In this document: in pieces, positions 32,171 through 43,118 of the stretch
Layout: the number at the start of each line of letters is the position of its first letter
How positions within the stretch are numbered: the stretch's first letter is position 1
Assembly: GCA_963830455.1 (NCBI GenBank)
Contig: CAWHMT010000004.1
Span: 178,644 to 242,643 of the forward strand
Origin: an uncultured Gemmatimonadales bacterium
GTDB lineage: Bacteria > Gemmatimonadota > Gemmatimonadetes > Gemmatimonadales > GWC2-71-9
Reading direction: 5' to 3'
Length of the DNA: 64,000 bases
Notes under the pieces: model-generated
What the model saw: the letters and a program-made list of their open reading frames with translations, nothing else
What the model was told of the DNA's origin: nothing
The model's database searches: none
Translations under genes and position numbers: made by a program

Positions 32171-35100
32171 AGCCCTGACCGGCCCAGCAGTCCCGCACCA
32201 AGGCCGGGCCGTTCGCCCGCTGCATCGCGAAATCCAGCAGCTCCACAAACCCCGCCGCCGCGTCTTCGCAGCGGCCGGCCCGTAACGCCGCCACGGCCGC
32301 CAGCTCGCGGTAGCGCGCCGATCCGGGCCGGCGGCTCACGGCGTACCGCAGCACGCTGTCGGCGAGGGCGGGCGGGGCGTCGATGGCGATCTGCCCCAAC
32401 GCCTGGCTCAGAAACTCGCCGGGGAATGGGTGGCGGAACGTTCCGCGCGCGGCGCTCAACGCGCCTCGTGCCTCGCGCGCGGCTTCGTCCCAGCGCTGGC
32501 TCCGGGCGGCAATCAGGGCGAGGGCCGCGCGCAGTTGCGCCGTGTCTCCCCCCGCGGCCAGCGCTTCCCTGAGCCGCACCGTCGCGAGCGGCCTGCTGCG
32601 AACCGCAGCGAGCAGCGCCCGCATCACGAGGGCATCGGAACGCGGGTGGCGGCCCGGCGCGAGCACGGTCTCGAGCAGCGAATCGGCGCGGGCGGTGTCG
32701 CCCATCGCGAGGCGAATGCCGGCCATGCGCACGCTCCACTCCGCGACGTCGGGTTGGGCGCGGCGCGCGCCTTCCAGGTAGGGCAGCACGCCGGGATCGC
32801 CGCGCCGCAGCGCAAGGATGCGCAGCAGCGCGAAGGGCGACGTCCCGTCATCCCGCGTCCCGATCTGCATGAGCGAATCGAACACCGCGTGTGCGGCCGC
32901 TCCGGGATCGAGGAAGCGCCGCGCGGCGACGAACTCGAGCCGCGGACGGTTGTCGGTGTGATCGAACGTGGCCCGCGTGATCAGGCGCGCCACGCCCGAA
33001 TCGCCCAGCAGCATCCGACCGAAGTACTGATCGAGAGAATCGATGCTCAGCCATTCGCGCCCGAGCCCGTGCAGTTCACCGCCCGGTCCGAGCAGCTGGG
33101 CGACCCATTGCCGGTCGTAGGAGATCGGCCGGCCGGACGCGAGCACGACGAGATCGGAGGTGCCGCCAAACCACACATGGACGTGCGGAAAGACCTCGCG
33201 GAGGCTGCGCACGATGCCGGCGACGATCGGCAATGGCAGCTGGTAGAGCTGAATCCATTGACAGAAGATTCCATCGTCGGCGAGGCGCGAGCGGGCGATG
33301 CGAAAGAATTCCGGCGTGTACAGGGTCGCGATGCCCGCGACCCAGGGGTTCGAGGGCTCGGACACGATGACGTCGTAGCGCGTGCGATCGAGCTGCAGCG
33401 CGCTGCGCGCGTCGTCGACCACTGCCGAGACGTTCGGCCGCGCCAGCACGGTGTCGTTCACGGAATAAAACAGGCTGTCCATCTCGAGGACGGCGGGCTC
33501 GATCTCCACGACCTTCACCCGCTGCATTCCCGGCGCGCGCGCGAGGACCTGGGTGGTCACGCCGGTGCCCTGGCCGATGAGAAACGCGGACGTGGCACGG
33601 GGGTGCGCCACCAGCGGCGCGAGGCCGATCATGATCTGCGTGTCCATGTCGCCGCGGTCGGACGCGTCCACCTTGCCGTTCACGCGCAGCGAGCGGCCCG
33701 TCTCGCCTTCCCATACGCTCACGGTGGCATTGGGACCTTCGCGGAACGCCAGCTGGCGGGCGCCGCGGTGCTCGAGAAAGCGCTGCCGCTCCGCCTTGTC
33801 CATGCGCTGACGGGCATAGATCGTGGGACCCAGATCGATCAGCCGCGTGCTCCATCCCGGCGCCGAAATGGCGGCGACCAGGGCGAGCATGCCGAGGATG
33901 CCCCCCGCCAGCACGCGCACCCGCAGCCGCCGATCGTCCGCGCTGGCCTCGGCGATCCCGCGCGCGGCGAGCCCCGCCAGGGTCAGCGCCGCGAGCGCAT
34001 TAATCGCGAGTCCCACGCGCAGCGTCGCCTGGGTTCCCAGGATCACAACGAAGACGAAGCCGGTGAGCACGGCGCCCAGGATGCTGCCCGCGGTATTGAG
34101 CGCGTACGCCGCCCCGACGTCGGCGCCCCGGGCGCGGCGACTGCGCGCCGTGAGATCGGTGAGCAGCGGGAAGCTCATCCCCATGCCAATGGCGGGGATC
34201 AGGACGACCGCACCGACGGCGACGCCCATGAGGACAAGGCGCGCAGCGGCGCTCATGTCGGGGATCTGGAACACGGCGATGATGTAGGAGGGCAGGATTC
34301 CAAAGAACAGGAACAGCGCCGCGGCCCCCACGCCCGTGATCCCCTGGGCGAGCGCGGCACTCGCGGCGGTGTCGGCGCGCGGCATGCTGCGCCGCGCCAC
34401 CATCACGCTGCCCAGACCGATGCCGAGCAGGAACACGAGGAGCACGAGGGTGAAGGCGTAGGTCGATCCGCCCACGATCATTACGAGCACGCGGGTCCAG
34501 GCGATCTCGTTGAGGAGTGAAGCAAACGCCGTGAGTCCGAGCAGGATCAGGGCCACCGTGTGCAGCGGATCGCGCGTTGGTGGAGGCTCCGGCGACGGCT
34601 CGGGAATGGGATCGGCCACAACCTGCGCGCGCCCGAATCGAATGGCCGCGGCGCCGATCGCGAGATTGAGCGCGGCGGTCGTCCAGAGCGAGGCACGCAC
34701 CCCCACGAACTCGATGAGGAAGAATCCCGCGAGGGCGGTCCCCGTCATGGCGCCCAGGGTGTTCAACCCGTACAGCCGGCCGAGCGATGGTTTCAGCAGG
34801 CCGCGGTCCTCGCCCATCAATGCTCGGGTCAGGATGGGCAGCGTACCGCCCATCAGCGTGGTGGGAATCAGCAGCACCAGCGCGGCCAGGCCAAAGCGCA
34901 GGGCGACGCTCGCCACGCCGCCGAGCGCGAGGGCGCCGGCCGTGCCGATGTAGATCGCGTGCGCCAGGGCGAGCACCAGCGGCGAGATGATGCCAAAGAC
35001 GCCGATCGCGATTTCCAGCCAGCCGTACAGCTTCGCCGGATTGCGGGAGCGGTCCGCGACACGCCCGAACAGCCACGCCCCGAGGCCGAGGCCGCCCATG

Positions 35101-35246
35101 TAGGCCGCCACGACGGTCGTGACCGATTGAATCGTCGAGCCGAACGACTGGTAGAGGACGCGGACCCAGAGGAGCTCGTACACGAGCCCGGTGGCGCCCG
35201 ACAGAAAGAAGAGGAAGGTGTAGAGGAGCGCGGGCCTAGAACGCAT
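32100..35246 (-). CDS. Fused polytopic-membrane / spermidine-synthase-like / TPR-like protein
   Basis: The ATG at 35246 gives [31 protein letters not shown]. About 480 aa of transmembrane helices is followed by a methyltransferase-fold SpeE block ([28 protein letters not shown]) and then a helical-repeat tail. The start overlaps the E1 gene stop by 11 nt. Confidence 0.8.
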   Translation of the reverse strand: MRSRPALLYTFLFFLSGATGLVYELLWVRVLYQSFGSTIQSVTTVVAAYMGGLGLGAWLFGRVADRSRNPAKLYGWLEIAIGVFGIISPLVLALAHAIYIGTAGALALGGVASVALRFGLAALVLLIPTTLMGGTLPILTRALMGEDRGLLKPSLGRLYGLNTLGAMTGTALAGFFLIEFVGVRASLWTTAALNLAIGAAAIRFGRAQVVADPIPEPSPEPPPTRDPLHTVALILLGLTAFASLLNEIAWTRVLVMIVGGSTYAFTLVLLVFLLGIGLGSVMVARRSMPRADTAASAALAQGITGVGAAALFLFFGILPSYIIAVFQIPDMSAAARLVLMGVAVGAVVLIPAIGMGMSFPLLTDLTARSRRARGADVGAAYALNTAGSILGAVLTGFVFVVILGTQATLRVGLAINALAALTLAGLAARGIAEASADDRRLRVRVLAGGILGMLALVAAISAPGWSTRLIDLGPTIYARQRMDKAERQRFLEHRGARQLAFREGPNATVSVWEGETGRSLRVNGKVDASDRGDMDTQIMIGLAPLVAHPRATSAFLIGQGTGVTTQVLARAPGMQRVKVVEIEPAVLEMDSLFYSVNDTVLARPNVSAVVDDARSALQLDRTRYDVIVSEPSNPWVAGIATLYTPEFFRIARSRLADDGIFCQWIQLYQLPLPIVAGIVRSLREVFPHVHVWFGGTSDLVVLASGRPISYDRQWVAQLLGPGGELHGLGREWLSIDSLDQYFGRMLLGDSGVARLITRATFDHTDNRPRLEFVAARRFLDPGAAAHAVFDSLMQIGTRDDGTSPFALLRILALRRGDPGVLPYLEGARRAQPDVAEWSVRMAGIRLAMGDTARADSLLETVLAPGRHPRSDALVMRALLAAVRSRPLATVRLREALAAGGDTAQLRAALALIAARSQRWDEAAREARGALSAARGTFRHPFPGEFLSQALGQIAIDAPPALADSVLRYAVSRRPGSARYRELAAVAALRAGRCEDAAAGFVELLDFAMQRANGPALVRDCWAGQGFRGTGASSAGTAEPPEKGEPPPH

Positions 35247-37386
35247 GCAGCTCACGCATGGCCTGCGCGAGATCCTCCACTTGAGGCAGGATGTAGTCCT
35301 CGAGGTCGGGCGCGTAACCGACGAACGTGTCGGTCGACGCGACACGCTTCACGGGCGCGTCGAGCCACGGAAAGCACTGATCCGCGATCCGCGCCGCGAT
35401 CTCCGCGCCGTAGCCCCACGAGAGCGCGTCCTCGTACGCGACGATCACGCGGTTGGTCTTGCGAATCGACGCCGCGATGGTCTCCCAGTCGACGGGCGAG
35501 AGGGACCGGAGATCGATGACCTCGACGCTGATCCCGTCCTTCTCCTCGACCTCCTTCGCCGCCACCAGCGCGCGCTGCACCACGGCCCCGTACGTCACCA
35601 CGGTCACGCCGTCGCCATCGCGGGCGACGCGCGCTTTGCCGAACGGGATCATGAAGTTGGGGCCGGGATTTGGAGCCTTGTTGTAGGTCTGGCGGTAGAG
35701 GTGCTTGTGCTCGAGGAAGATGACCGGGTCTTCGCAGCGAATGGCGGTGCGCAGCAGGCCATTCGCATCGAGCGCGGTGGCGGGACAAATGACCCGAATG
35801 CCGGGCACGGAGGTAAACACGACCGCGCCCGTTTGCGAGTGGTAGACGGCGCCACCCTTCAGGTAGCCGCCATACGTGACGCGCACCACGACCGGCGCGC
35901 TGAATTCATTGTTCGAACGCCAGCGAATCGTGGCGAGCTCGTTGCGCAGCTGGTGATACGCGGGCCAGATGTAGTCGAAGAACTGGATTTCGACGACCGG
36001 CTTCAGCCCGCGCGTGGCGAGCCCAATCGCGCGGCCCACGATGTTCGCTTCGGCCAGAGGCGAGTTGTACACGCGGTCGCTGCCGAACTGGCGCTGCAGC
36101 CCCCAGGTCACCTTGAAGACACCGCCCTTGCCCTTCACTTCTCTGAGGTACTGCTCGCGACTCACATCGGCGACGTCTTGCCCGAAGACGAGGATGCGCG
36201 GATCACGCGCCATCTCGTCTTTCATGGACGCGTTGAGCAGATCCACCATGGTGGTGGGCTCGCCGGTAAAGTGCGGATCGTCTTCGGTGTCGAACTGCTC
36301 CGATGTCGGATCCACATCGGGCGAAAACACGAACCGCAACGCCGATTCCGCCTTGGGCTGGGGCGATGTCAGGGCCATGTCGGCGGCGACCTGAACGTCC
36401 TCTTCCACCTGAGCCTGGATCGCCTGGAGCTCCGATTCGGTGGCGACACCCTCCTCGAGCAACCGCCGAGGGAACGTCGCGACGGGATCGCGCCTGGCTT
36501 CCTCTTCACGCTCGCGCGCAGGCTTGTAGAGGACTTCGTCGTCCGACAGTGAATGCGAGTACGGACGGGTCACGTGCGCATGGACCAGCGCCGGACCCTT
36601 GCGCTGGCGGCACCACTCGGCGGCGCGGGTCAGCACGTCGTAGGACGCGATCGGATCGCAGCCGTCCACTTCCTGCACCAGCAGGTTCGGAAAGTTGGAC
36701 ACCAGCTTCGACACCGAACCCCCGGCGGTCTGCACCTCGATCGGGACGGAGATGGCGTAATTGTTGTCTTCGATGAGAAACAGGACGGGCAGCTTGAGAT
36801 TGCTGGCCGTGTTCAAAGCTTCCCACCACTCCCCCTCGCTCGTCGTGCCGTCGCCCGCGGAGCAGTAGACGACTTCGTCTCCCTGGATCGGCTTGTCCTT
36901 CAGCTCGTCGATGCGGTGGTAGCGGAGCCACGCCTCAGCGCATCCGACGGCCTGGAGAAACTGGGTGCCGGTCGGGCTCGATTGCGTGACGATGTTGAGC
37001 TGCTTGTGGCCCCAGTGCGACGGCATTTGGCGCCCGCCGGAGTTCGGATCCTCGGCGGCGGCCACGCCCGAAAGGAACATCTCGGTCGGCGTCATCCCGA
37101 GCGTGAGGCAGAGGGCCCGATCGCGGTAGTAGGGATAGAACCAGTCGTAGCCGGGGCGGAGCGCCTTGCCGGCGGCCACGAGCACGCTTTCATGACCCGC
37201 GCCCGAGATCTGGAAAAAGATCTTGTTCTGGCGCTTGAGCTGGATCTCCTTGTCGTCGATCCGGCGCGACAGAAACATGAGCCGATAGATGTCGAGCAAG
37301 TCGGCCTTGGAGAGTGCCGACGTGCTTTTCGGAGTCCGGGATTGCGAGGGCGCGGCTTTGCTCGCGGTGCGGGGACGGGTCGCCAT
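35236..37386 (-). CDS. 2-oxoacid (branched-chain/pyruvate type) dehydrogenase E1 component, fused alpha+beta subunits
   Basis: 716 aa with the TPP motif [17 protein letters not shown]...IEDNNYAIS in the N-half and a transketolase-like beta half ([16 protein letters not shown]). Confidence 0.88.
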   Translation of the reverse strand: MATRPRTASKAAPSQSRTPKSTSALSKADLLDIYRLMFLSRRIDDKEIQLKRQNKIFFQISGAGHESVLVAAGKALRPGYDWFYPYYRDRALCLTLGMTPTEMFLSGVAAAEDPNSGGRQMPSHWGHKQLNIVTQSSPTGTQFLQAVGCAEAWLRYHRIDELKDKPIQGDEVVYCSAGDGTTSEGEWWEALNTASNLKLPVLFLIEDNNYAISVPIEVQTAGGSVSKLVSNFPNLLVQEVDGCDPIASYDVLTRAAEWCRQRKGPALVHAHVTRPYSHSLSDDEVLYKPAREREEEARRDPVATFPRRLLEEGVATESELQAIQAQVEEDVQVAADMALTSPQPKAESALRFVFSPDVDPTSEQFDTEDDPHFTGEPTTMVDLLNASMKDEMARDPRILVFGQDVADVSREQYLREVKGKGGVFKVTWGLQRQFGSDRVYNSPLAEANIVGRAIGLATRGLKPVVEIQFFDYIWPAYHQLRNELATIRWRSNNEFSAPVVVRVTYGGYLKGGAVYHSQTGAVVFTSVPGIRVICPATALDANGLLRTAIRCEDPVIFLEHKHLYRQTYNKAPNPGPNFMIPFGKARVARDGDGVTVVTYGAVVQRALVAAKEVEEKDGISVEVIDLRSLSPVDWETIAASIRKTNRVIVAYEDALSWGYGAEIAARIADQCFPWLDAPVKRVASTDTFVGYAPDLEDYILPQVEDLAQAMRELHAF

Positions 37387-37446
37387 ACGATGAAAGTAGC
37401 CTACCAGCGCTCAGTCTTCACGTCCGCCAGGAGGTAACTTGAGGCC

Positions 37447-37926
37447 ATGGACGAAGCCGCCAAAAAAGCGATCCTCCGCCACTTCCCCTACGGGCTGTAC
37501 GTGATCACCGTCGCGCACAACGGCGAAGACCACGGCATGACCGCTAACTGGCTCACCCAGGCGGCCTTCGAGCCGCCCATGGCCGTCGTCGCGATCGAGA
37601 ACACCTCCAAGACCATCGGGATGATCCGCGACTCCCACCACTTCGCCATCAACCTGCTGCTGTCTCACCAGCGCGACCTCGCCGGGAAGCTGGGCAAATC
37701 GTCCGAGCAGGCGCCCCAGAAGCTCAAAGGCATCAAGACCAGACCGGCGCCCGTCTCCGGCACGCCCGTGCTCGTGGATGCGCTCGGGTGGGTCGAATGT
37801 CGCGTAGTCGCGACGCTGCCGGCCGGCGATCACACCCTGGTGCTCGGCGAAATCGTCGGCGCCGGCGTGGAGCACGAGGGCGAGCCGCTCACCCTGCAGG
37901 ACGCGGGGTTCAAGTACTCCGGCTGA
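37447..37926 (+). CDS. Flavin reductase-like FMN-binding protein
   Basis: FPYGLYVITVAHNGEDHGMTANWLTQAAFEPPMAVVAIE is typical of the flavin reductase domain family. Confidence 0.8.
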   Translation: MDEAAKKAILRHFPYGLYVITVAHNGEDHGMTANWLTQAAFEPPMAVVAIENTSKTIGMIRDSHHFAINLLLSHQRDLAGKLGKSSEQAPQKLKGIKTRPAPVSGTPVLVDALGWVECRVVATLPAGDHTLVLGEIVGAGVEHEGEPLTLQDAGFKYSG

Positions 37927-37927
37927 A

Positions 37928-39577
37928 TTACGGCTTCCGGTACACAACGCTTCCGTCCACAATCGTGTAGCGCGGCTTGATCGTCCCCAGTGACTCCGGT
38001 GGGACTGCGAACGGGTCGTGATCGAGCACGACCACATCGGCAAAGCGCCCCGCCGCGAGTGTGCCCCATTCCTGTTCCTTGAAGGTCGCCCACGCGTTGC
38101 CGTAGGTGTAGGCGCGCAGGGCTTCACCCACGCTGATCTTCTGGTCCGGCACCCAGCCGCCGGGGTTCTGGCCGTCGAGTGTGCGGCGGGTGACCGCCGC
38201 ATACACACCGAGCATGGGATCGAGCGGCGCCACCGTCCAATCCGAGCCGAACGCGAGCGGCGCGTCGCTGTCGAGCAACGAGCGGAACGCGTACGTCGTG
38301 AGGATCCGCTGCGGGCCGATGCGCACCACAAGCCAGCGTCCATCGTCGATCGCGTGATACGGCTGCATCGACGCCACGACGCGCTGCGCGCCGAACCGGG
38401 CGACGTCCCCGGTACGCAGGTGCTGCGCGTGCTCGATCCGGAAGCGGCGGTCGCGGGCGCCGTGCGCGCGCGCCACGCTGTCGTAGATCGCAAGCAGAAT
38501 GGCGTTGGCGCGGTCTCCGATCGCGTGCACCGCGATCTGGAGGCCGGCGGAATCGGCCCCGCCGATCCAGGCGCGCATGTCGGACTCGGGCTGGAGCATC
38601 AGTCCGCGGTAGCCTGCTGAATCCGAGAACGGCTCGAAGAAGAAGGCCGTGCGCGAGCCGGCCGACCCGTCCATGAACCCTTTGACGCCACCGATGCGCA
38701 CCCAGTCGTCACCAGCGCCGCCGCTGCTGATGCTTTCGGCAACAGCACGCCAGTCTTCGATGGGGAAATACAGCGCCGCGCGCATCGTGAGGCGATTGGC
38801 GCGGGCGAGCCGCCGATAGCTCGCGAGATCGGCCCATGAGGCGGATACATGCGCAGTGGCCGTGACACCCAACGAAGCGGCATGAGCCAACGCGCGGGCC
38901 AGGGCCGAGTCGCGTTGCTCGGGCGAAGGATCGGGGATGACGCGCCCGATCAAATCCATCGCCTGGTCCTTGAATATGCCGATCGGCTCGCCCGAGGCAG
39001 TGCGCGGGATTTCTCCACCGACCGGTGCCGGCGTGCCTCTGGTGACTCCGGCGGCCCGCATCGCGGCACTGTTCGCGAGCGCCATGTGGCCATCGAGTCG
39101 ATTGACGAACACCGGGTTGTTCGGCGTGACGGAATCGATCCAGCCGTGCCGGGGCAGCGGCGTGCCGCGCCACAGGGTGTGATCCCAGTCGCCACCGGTG
39201 ATCCATTCCCCCGGCTTGAGCCGCGCGGCGTACTCCTTGAGGCGGCGCACGAACTCCTGCGGCGTGGCCGCATCGCGCAGATCCACCGACGCGAGTTGGA
39301 AGCCGCCGCTGATGAAATGCGTGTGGCCATCCGCGAAGCCCGGCATGACCAGGCCGCCCTCCGCGTCCAGCACCTGCGTCTTCGATCCGACGTAGCGTGC
39401 GATGTCCGCCGAGTCGCCGACGGCGAGGATCTTCCCGTCGCCGATCGCCACGGCGCCGCGCTGGCCACGGCCGGCGGACAGTCCGGTCCATACCGGCCCG
39501 CCCTGGATGACAACGTCCGCTTTGGAGCCGCAAGCGCCGAGCACGGTGAGCGCGACGACGTACGACGCACGACGCAC
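37928..39577 (-). CDS. Amidohydrolase-3 family metal-dependent hydrolase (lipoprotein)
   Basis: The GTG at 39577 has AGGAGG 6 nt upstream and gives VRRASYVVALTVLGAC (lipobox). PGFADGHTHF is the HxH metal site. The track ORF extends to 39718 but would overlap the upstream small gene. Confidence 0.8.
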   Translation of the reverse strand: MRRASYVVALTVLGACGSKADVVIQGGPVWTGLSAGRGQRGAVAIGDGKILAVGDSADIARYVGSKTQVLDAEGGLVMPGFADGHTHFISGGFQLASVDLRDAATPQEFVRRLKEYAARLKPGEWITGGDWDHTLWRGTPLPRHGWIDSVTPNNPVFVNRLDGHMALANSAAMRAAGVTRGTPAPVGGEIPRTASGEPIGIFKDQAMDLIGRVIPDPSPEQRDSALARALAHAASLGVTATAHVSASWADLASYRRLARANRLTMRAALYFPIEDWRAVAESISSGGAGDDWVRIGGVKGFMDGSAGSRTAFFFEPFSDSAGYRGLMLQPESDMRAWIGGADSAGLQIAVHAIGDRANAILLAIYDSVARAHGARDRRFRIEHAQHLRTGDVARFGAQRVVASMQPYHAIDDGRWLVVRIGPQRILTTYAFRSLLDSDAPLAFGSDWTVAPLDPMLGVYAAVTRRTLDGQNPGGWVPDQKISVGEALRAYTYGNAWATFKEQEWGTLAAGRFADVVVLDHDPFAVPPESLGTIKPRYTIVDGSVVYRKP

Positions 39578-39587
39578 GAGGAGCCTC

Positions 39588-39842
39588 CTAACGAAGCTTG
39601 GTAATCCGGCGAAGGGTATCGAGCGCTGCGATGGGATCGGCACCGGTATCGGCCTTGGCCGCCGGCTTGCCGAGGCCGTCTCGAATGTCGAGCAACACTT
39701 CGAGCAGCAGCTGCTCACGCTGGTAGGCGGCGTCCAGATCGGCCATGCGACGCTCGTCGCCGGATTTCTTGGCGCGATCGTAGGCGTCGCGATAGACGCT
39801 GTCGAGATTGTCGAGAATCTGCTGGCGCGGCCGTGGACTCAT
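39588..39842 (-). CDS. Small hypothetical helical protein (84 aa)
   Basis: Balanced, charged composition (DNLDSVYRDAYDRAKKSGDERRMADLDAAYQREQLLLEVLLDIRD). Its stop lies within the SD region of the amidohydrolase gene. Confidence 0.5.
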   Translation of the reverse strand: MSPRPRQQILDNLDSVYRDAYDRAKKSGDERRMADLDAAYQREQLLLEVLLDIRDGLGKPAAKADTGADPIAALDTLRRITKLR

Positions 39843-39868
39843 GCGGCCGAAAGATATAGGTTCTCGCC

Positions 39869-40399
39869 ATGTCGCTCAAAGGCAAACGAATCCTGTTTTT
39901 CGCGGCCCCGCTGTATGAAGATCTCGAGCTTTGGTATCCGAAGATTCGGCTCGAGGAGGAGGGGGCCAGCACGACCGTCGCCGGCATGGGCGAGAAGACA
40001 TACCCAGGGAAACGCGGTTATCCAGTCACCGTCGATACGAACATCGACCAGGTCTCCGCATCCGATTTCGACGGTCTCGTCATTCCGGGCGGCTTTGCCC
40101 CCGACCAGCTGCGGCGGTCCGACAAGTGTCTCCAGTTGACGCGCGAGATCTACCAGGCGGGCAAGCCCGTGGCGTTCATCTGTCACGCGGGGTGGGTGCC
40201 GATTTCGGCCAAGATTCTGAAGGGCAAACGCGCGACGAGCGTCCGAGCGATCAAGGACGACATGGAGAACGCCGGCGTGATCTGGGAAGACAGCGCGGTG
40301 GTGGTCGACGGCAATCTGATTTCGTCGCGAACACCGGCCGATTTGCCGCAGTTTTGCAAAGCACTGATCGCGGCGTTACGACAGGGGCCGCAGGACTAG
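39869..40399 (+). CDS. DJ-1/PfpI-family protein (type-1 glutamine amidotransferase-like / intracellular protease)
   Basis: DGLVIPGGFAP and the nucleophile elbow AFICHAGW, with a length of 176 aa. Confidence 0.88.
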   Translation: MSLKGKRILFFAAPLYEDLELWYPKIRLEEEGASTTVAGMGEKTYPGKRGYPVTVDTNIDQVSASDFDGLVIPGGFAPDQLRRSDKCLQLTREIYQAGKPVAFICHAGWVPISAKILKGKRATSVRAIKDDMENAGVIWEDSAVVVDGNLISSRTPADLPQFCKALIAALRQGPQD

Positions 40400-41611
40400 G
40401 CCGCTCGGCACTTTGGGAATGAAGTACGTGGACTTGGGCGGCATCACATCGCCCGCGTCCGCGACCGCGAAGACCTGTTCCACCTTCGTCGGATTGAGCA
40501 GCACCGCCATCGCCGCCCCCCCATGCTGCACCATGTCCAGCGCCTGTTTCGCGTCCGCCACGTAGCGCACGATCGGAGTCGACGTCCCGGCGCCGAGAAT
40601 CTCCTTTACCACGAGCGACTCGATGCGCGCCACATCCAGTTCGCGCGCCGCTTCGCTGTGGGCGAGGCTTGGCAGGCGATCGGGGAGCGTCCCGGGCCGC
40701 ATGACCAGTGCGACCATGCGAGCGCGGTCCGTGACGATGCACGCGGTGCGCTCACGCCCGAGCGACGCGAGCGTGGCAACGGGGTCGACTCCCGCAGGCA
40801 CGGGCTGCACGTCGAACCAGTCGCGCCAGCGCGGGAGCATGTGATCCAGGTCTCGCCCTGCGCCGAAGATCACGCGATGCGTGGGCAGCACCGCCAAGCC
40901 GGAATCCTGCGCCGAGACGATGAGCGCCAGTACGCGATCGGCAGCGGGGTTCTCGAGCGCGTACGCGCTGGCCGTCTCGTAGCGATGGTGGCCGTCGGCG
41001 ATGTACAGGGGGGACGGGGGAAAGGGGAAGGGGGACGTGTCGCGAACAATCCAAAGACGGATCCCTACTCCGTTCAGCTCGGCACTGGCGTCGGGCTTCC
41101 CGCGAGCGACAGTGGCCACCGCATTCGCGAGAGAGCGATCGCGATCGGGCGCGAGCAGAAAGATCGATTCGATGTTTGTGGCGGTCGCGCGCATGAGCGC
41201 GAGGCGATCGGCCTTGGGACCGGCATGGGTGTGCTCGTGGGGACGGATGCGGCGCGGTTCGTACCCCTCCGCCGCGACGGCGGCGAAGACGCCCCGCCGC
41301 GTGCATTTCTCGCCCGTTGGTAATGTGAAGTCCTGCGCCATCACATAGAGCACCGGATCGGGATCGCGCCGCAGCACCCCGCTCGCGCGCCAGGCAGCGA
41401 GCCGCTCGGCCGCCGCCTGGTAGCGGTCATCATCGGGCTGCCCGGGCCGCGCTTCCGGCAGCATCACGTGCACGATATTGTCTGCGTCGAGCGCCGCGTA
41501 CCGCGCGCGCTCGGCAGGATCGATGACGTCATAGGGAGGCGCGATCAGGCGGCTCAGCTTCTCCGCGGCCGCGTAGCGCTCGCCCCGAAACGGCGCAACG
41601 AGGTCAGCCAT
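40376..41611 (-). CDS. DUF1015-family protein
   Basis: The N-terminus is APFRGERY...LIAPPYDVI, with an internal ADGHHRYETA. These are hallmarks of DUF1015 as I recall them. Confidence 0.75.
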   Translation of the reverse strand: MADLVAPFRGERYAAAEKLSRLIAPPYDVIDPAERARYAALDADNIVHVMLPEARPGQPDDDRYQAAAERLAAWRASGVLRRDPDPVLYVMAQDFTLPTGEKCTRRGVFAAVAAEGYEPRRIRPHEHTHAGPKADRLALMRATATNIESIFLLAPDRDRSLANAVATVARGKPDASAELNGVGIRLWIVRDTSPFPFPPSPLYIADGHHRYETASAYALENPAADRVLALIVSAQDSGLAVLPTHRVIFGAGRDLDHMLPRWRDWFDVQPVPAGVDPVATLASLGRERTACIVTDRARMVALVMRPGTLPDRLPSLAHSEAARELDVARIESLVVKEILGAGTSTPIVRYVADAKQALDMVQHGGAAMAVLLNPTKVEQVFAVADAGDVMPPKSTYFIPKVPSGLVLRPLS

Positions 41612-41930
41612 GAGCTTTCGTGATGCGCAGCAGAGGGTGGACCACTGGGTCGGTCAGTTTGAGGAAGGCTACTTCCCGCCGCTCGCTAATGTGGCGCGGC
41701 TCGCCGAGGAGGTGGGCGAGCTGGCCCGCGAAGTGAATCATCAGTTCGGGCCGAAAAAGAAGAAAGCCGCCGAGCAGACGGGATCGATCCCGATGGAGCT
41801 GGCCGACATTCTGTTCGTCGTGATCTGTCTCGCCAATTCCCAGCGGATCGATCTGGACGACGCCTTCGCGCAGATGATGGCCAAGGTTACCTCCCGCGAC
41901 GCCGGCCGCTGGACCAGGAAGGCTCGCTGA
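41610..41930 (+). CDS. MazG-like nucleotide pyrophosphohydrolase
   Basis: LAEEVGELAREV and ELADILFVVICLAN helices (EExxE / ExxD metal motifs), 106 aa. Confidence 0.8.
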   Translation: MSFRDAQQRVDHWVGQFEEGYFPPLANVARLAEEVGELAREVNHQFGPKKKKAAEQTGSIPMELADILFVVICLANSQRIDLDDAFAQMMAKVTSRDAGRWTRKAR

Positions 41931-42813
41931 CTTCCTCGTAGATCCGCGCGTACGACACCAGACGATCGGGATCGATCGCGCCGGGTGGTGCGCCCCGCAC
42001 CGCACACCCTGGCTCGGCGAGGTGGCGGCAGTTATCGAACCGGCATTGATCGAGATAGGGGCGGAATTCCGGAAAGCAGGCACCTAGCTCGTTGGGGTCG
42101 ATGCCCCACGCGCCGATTTCCCGGAGTCCGGGCGTGTCGACGACGTAACCGACGCCGGCAACGGGCACCAGCTCCGCGGCGGTAGTGGTATGCTTGCCGG
42201 TGCGCCATTTCTCGCTGATCGCGCCGACACGCAGCTTGAGCCCCGGCTCGAGCCAATTGAGCAGACTCGACTTGCCCGCGCCCGACGCGCCCGTAAAGAC
42301 CGAGTGCCGGCCGCGCAGCAGGTCGCGCAGCGCCGGCAGCCCCTCGCCCTCCTTCACCGACGTCGCGAGCAGCTGATAGCCCGCGGTCTTGAAGCGCAGC
42401 GCCAGCGCCTCCTCGGTCGCGCGGTCGAGCTCGATCTTGTTCAGGACGACGGCCGCCGGAAGCCCGTTCGCTTCCGCAATGACGAGAAACCGGTCGATCA
42501 TCCGGGGGCTCGGCTCCGGATCGCGGGCGGAGGTCACGACGATCACTTGATCCACGTTCGCCGCGACCGGCTGCGGGCGCCGTGGTCCCGCTCCGCTGCT
42601 GCCCTGCGACGCGCGGCGCGCGAGCACTGACCGGCGCGGACGGATCTCGGCGATCGTCGATCCCTCGAGCACGACGACGTCGCCCGGGACGACGCGATCC
42701 TCGTCCTTGTGCTTGAGCTTGCCGCGCAGCGTGGCGGTGATCTCTCCAGCATCGGTATGGACCCGGTAGCCGCCACCGACGCGCGCCAGCACGACGCCGT
42801 TCACGAGCGTCAT
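41887..42813 (-). CDS. rsgA: Ribosome small-subunit-dependent GTPase A
   Basis: Circularly permuted GTPase with NKIELD (G4) before the P-loop GASGAGKSSLLN, followed by the zinc knuckle CRFDNCRHLAEPGC. Confidence 0.9.
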   Translation of the reverse strand: MTLVNGVVLARVGGGYRVHTDAGEITATLRGKLKHKDEDRVVPGDVVVLEGSTIAEIRPRRSVLARRASQGSSGAGPRRPQPVAANVDQVIVVTSARDPEPSPRMIDRFLVIAEANGLPAAVVLNKIELDRATEEALALRFKTAGYQLLATSVKEGEGLPALRDLLRGRHSVFTGASGAGKSSLLNWLEPGLKLRVGAISEKWRTGKHTTTAAELVPVAGVGYVVDTPGLREIGAWGIDPNELGACFPEFRPYLDQCRFDNCRHLAEPGCAVRGAPPGAIDPDRLVSYARIYEEVSEPSWSSGRRRGR

Positions 42814-43118
42814 GCGCGCTGCCTCGCCACGCAGTCGTCGAGATGCGCCTTCACCTGCTCCAACGTCAGCGCGAGCACGGGCGCGAGTGCTTCGTCCGCT
42901 GTCGATCCGAACGCGAGATAGTCCGTTTCGAGATGCCCGACGGGGCGCTCTCCCCCCTCCGCGCCCCAGCGCACGAACAGCAGCGCCGCGCCGAAGCGGC
43001 CTTGCTCGGCGGCGTCATCGGTGAATGTGCCGACCGAGTACGCCTGGCCGTCCGGCGCGCCGAACGCCGGCGGGCGTCCGTGCACCTGTTGATAGCCGCC
43101 CAGCGTCATGTCGTCCAT
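42810..43118 (-). CDS. Hypothetical protein (102 aa)
   Basis: The ORF is start-stop coupled on both sides (TGATG with the proline dehydrogenase gene, ATGA with rsgA). I recognise no family. Confidence 0.5.
   Translation of the reverse strand: MDDMTLGGYQQVHGRPPAFGAPDGQAYSVGTFTDDAAEQGRFGAALLFVRWGAEGGERPVGHLETDYLAFGSTADEALAPVLALTLEQVKAHLDDCVARQRA

Noticed and set aside
32430-34520. 696-aa plus-strand ORF
   Set aside because: It is antisense to the fused membrane/spermidine-synthase gene. It has a highly charged Arg/Glu/Asp/His composition and no recognisable domain, whereas the minus frame encodes coherent transmembrane helices and SpeE motifs.
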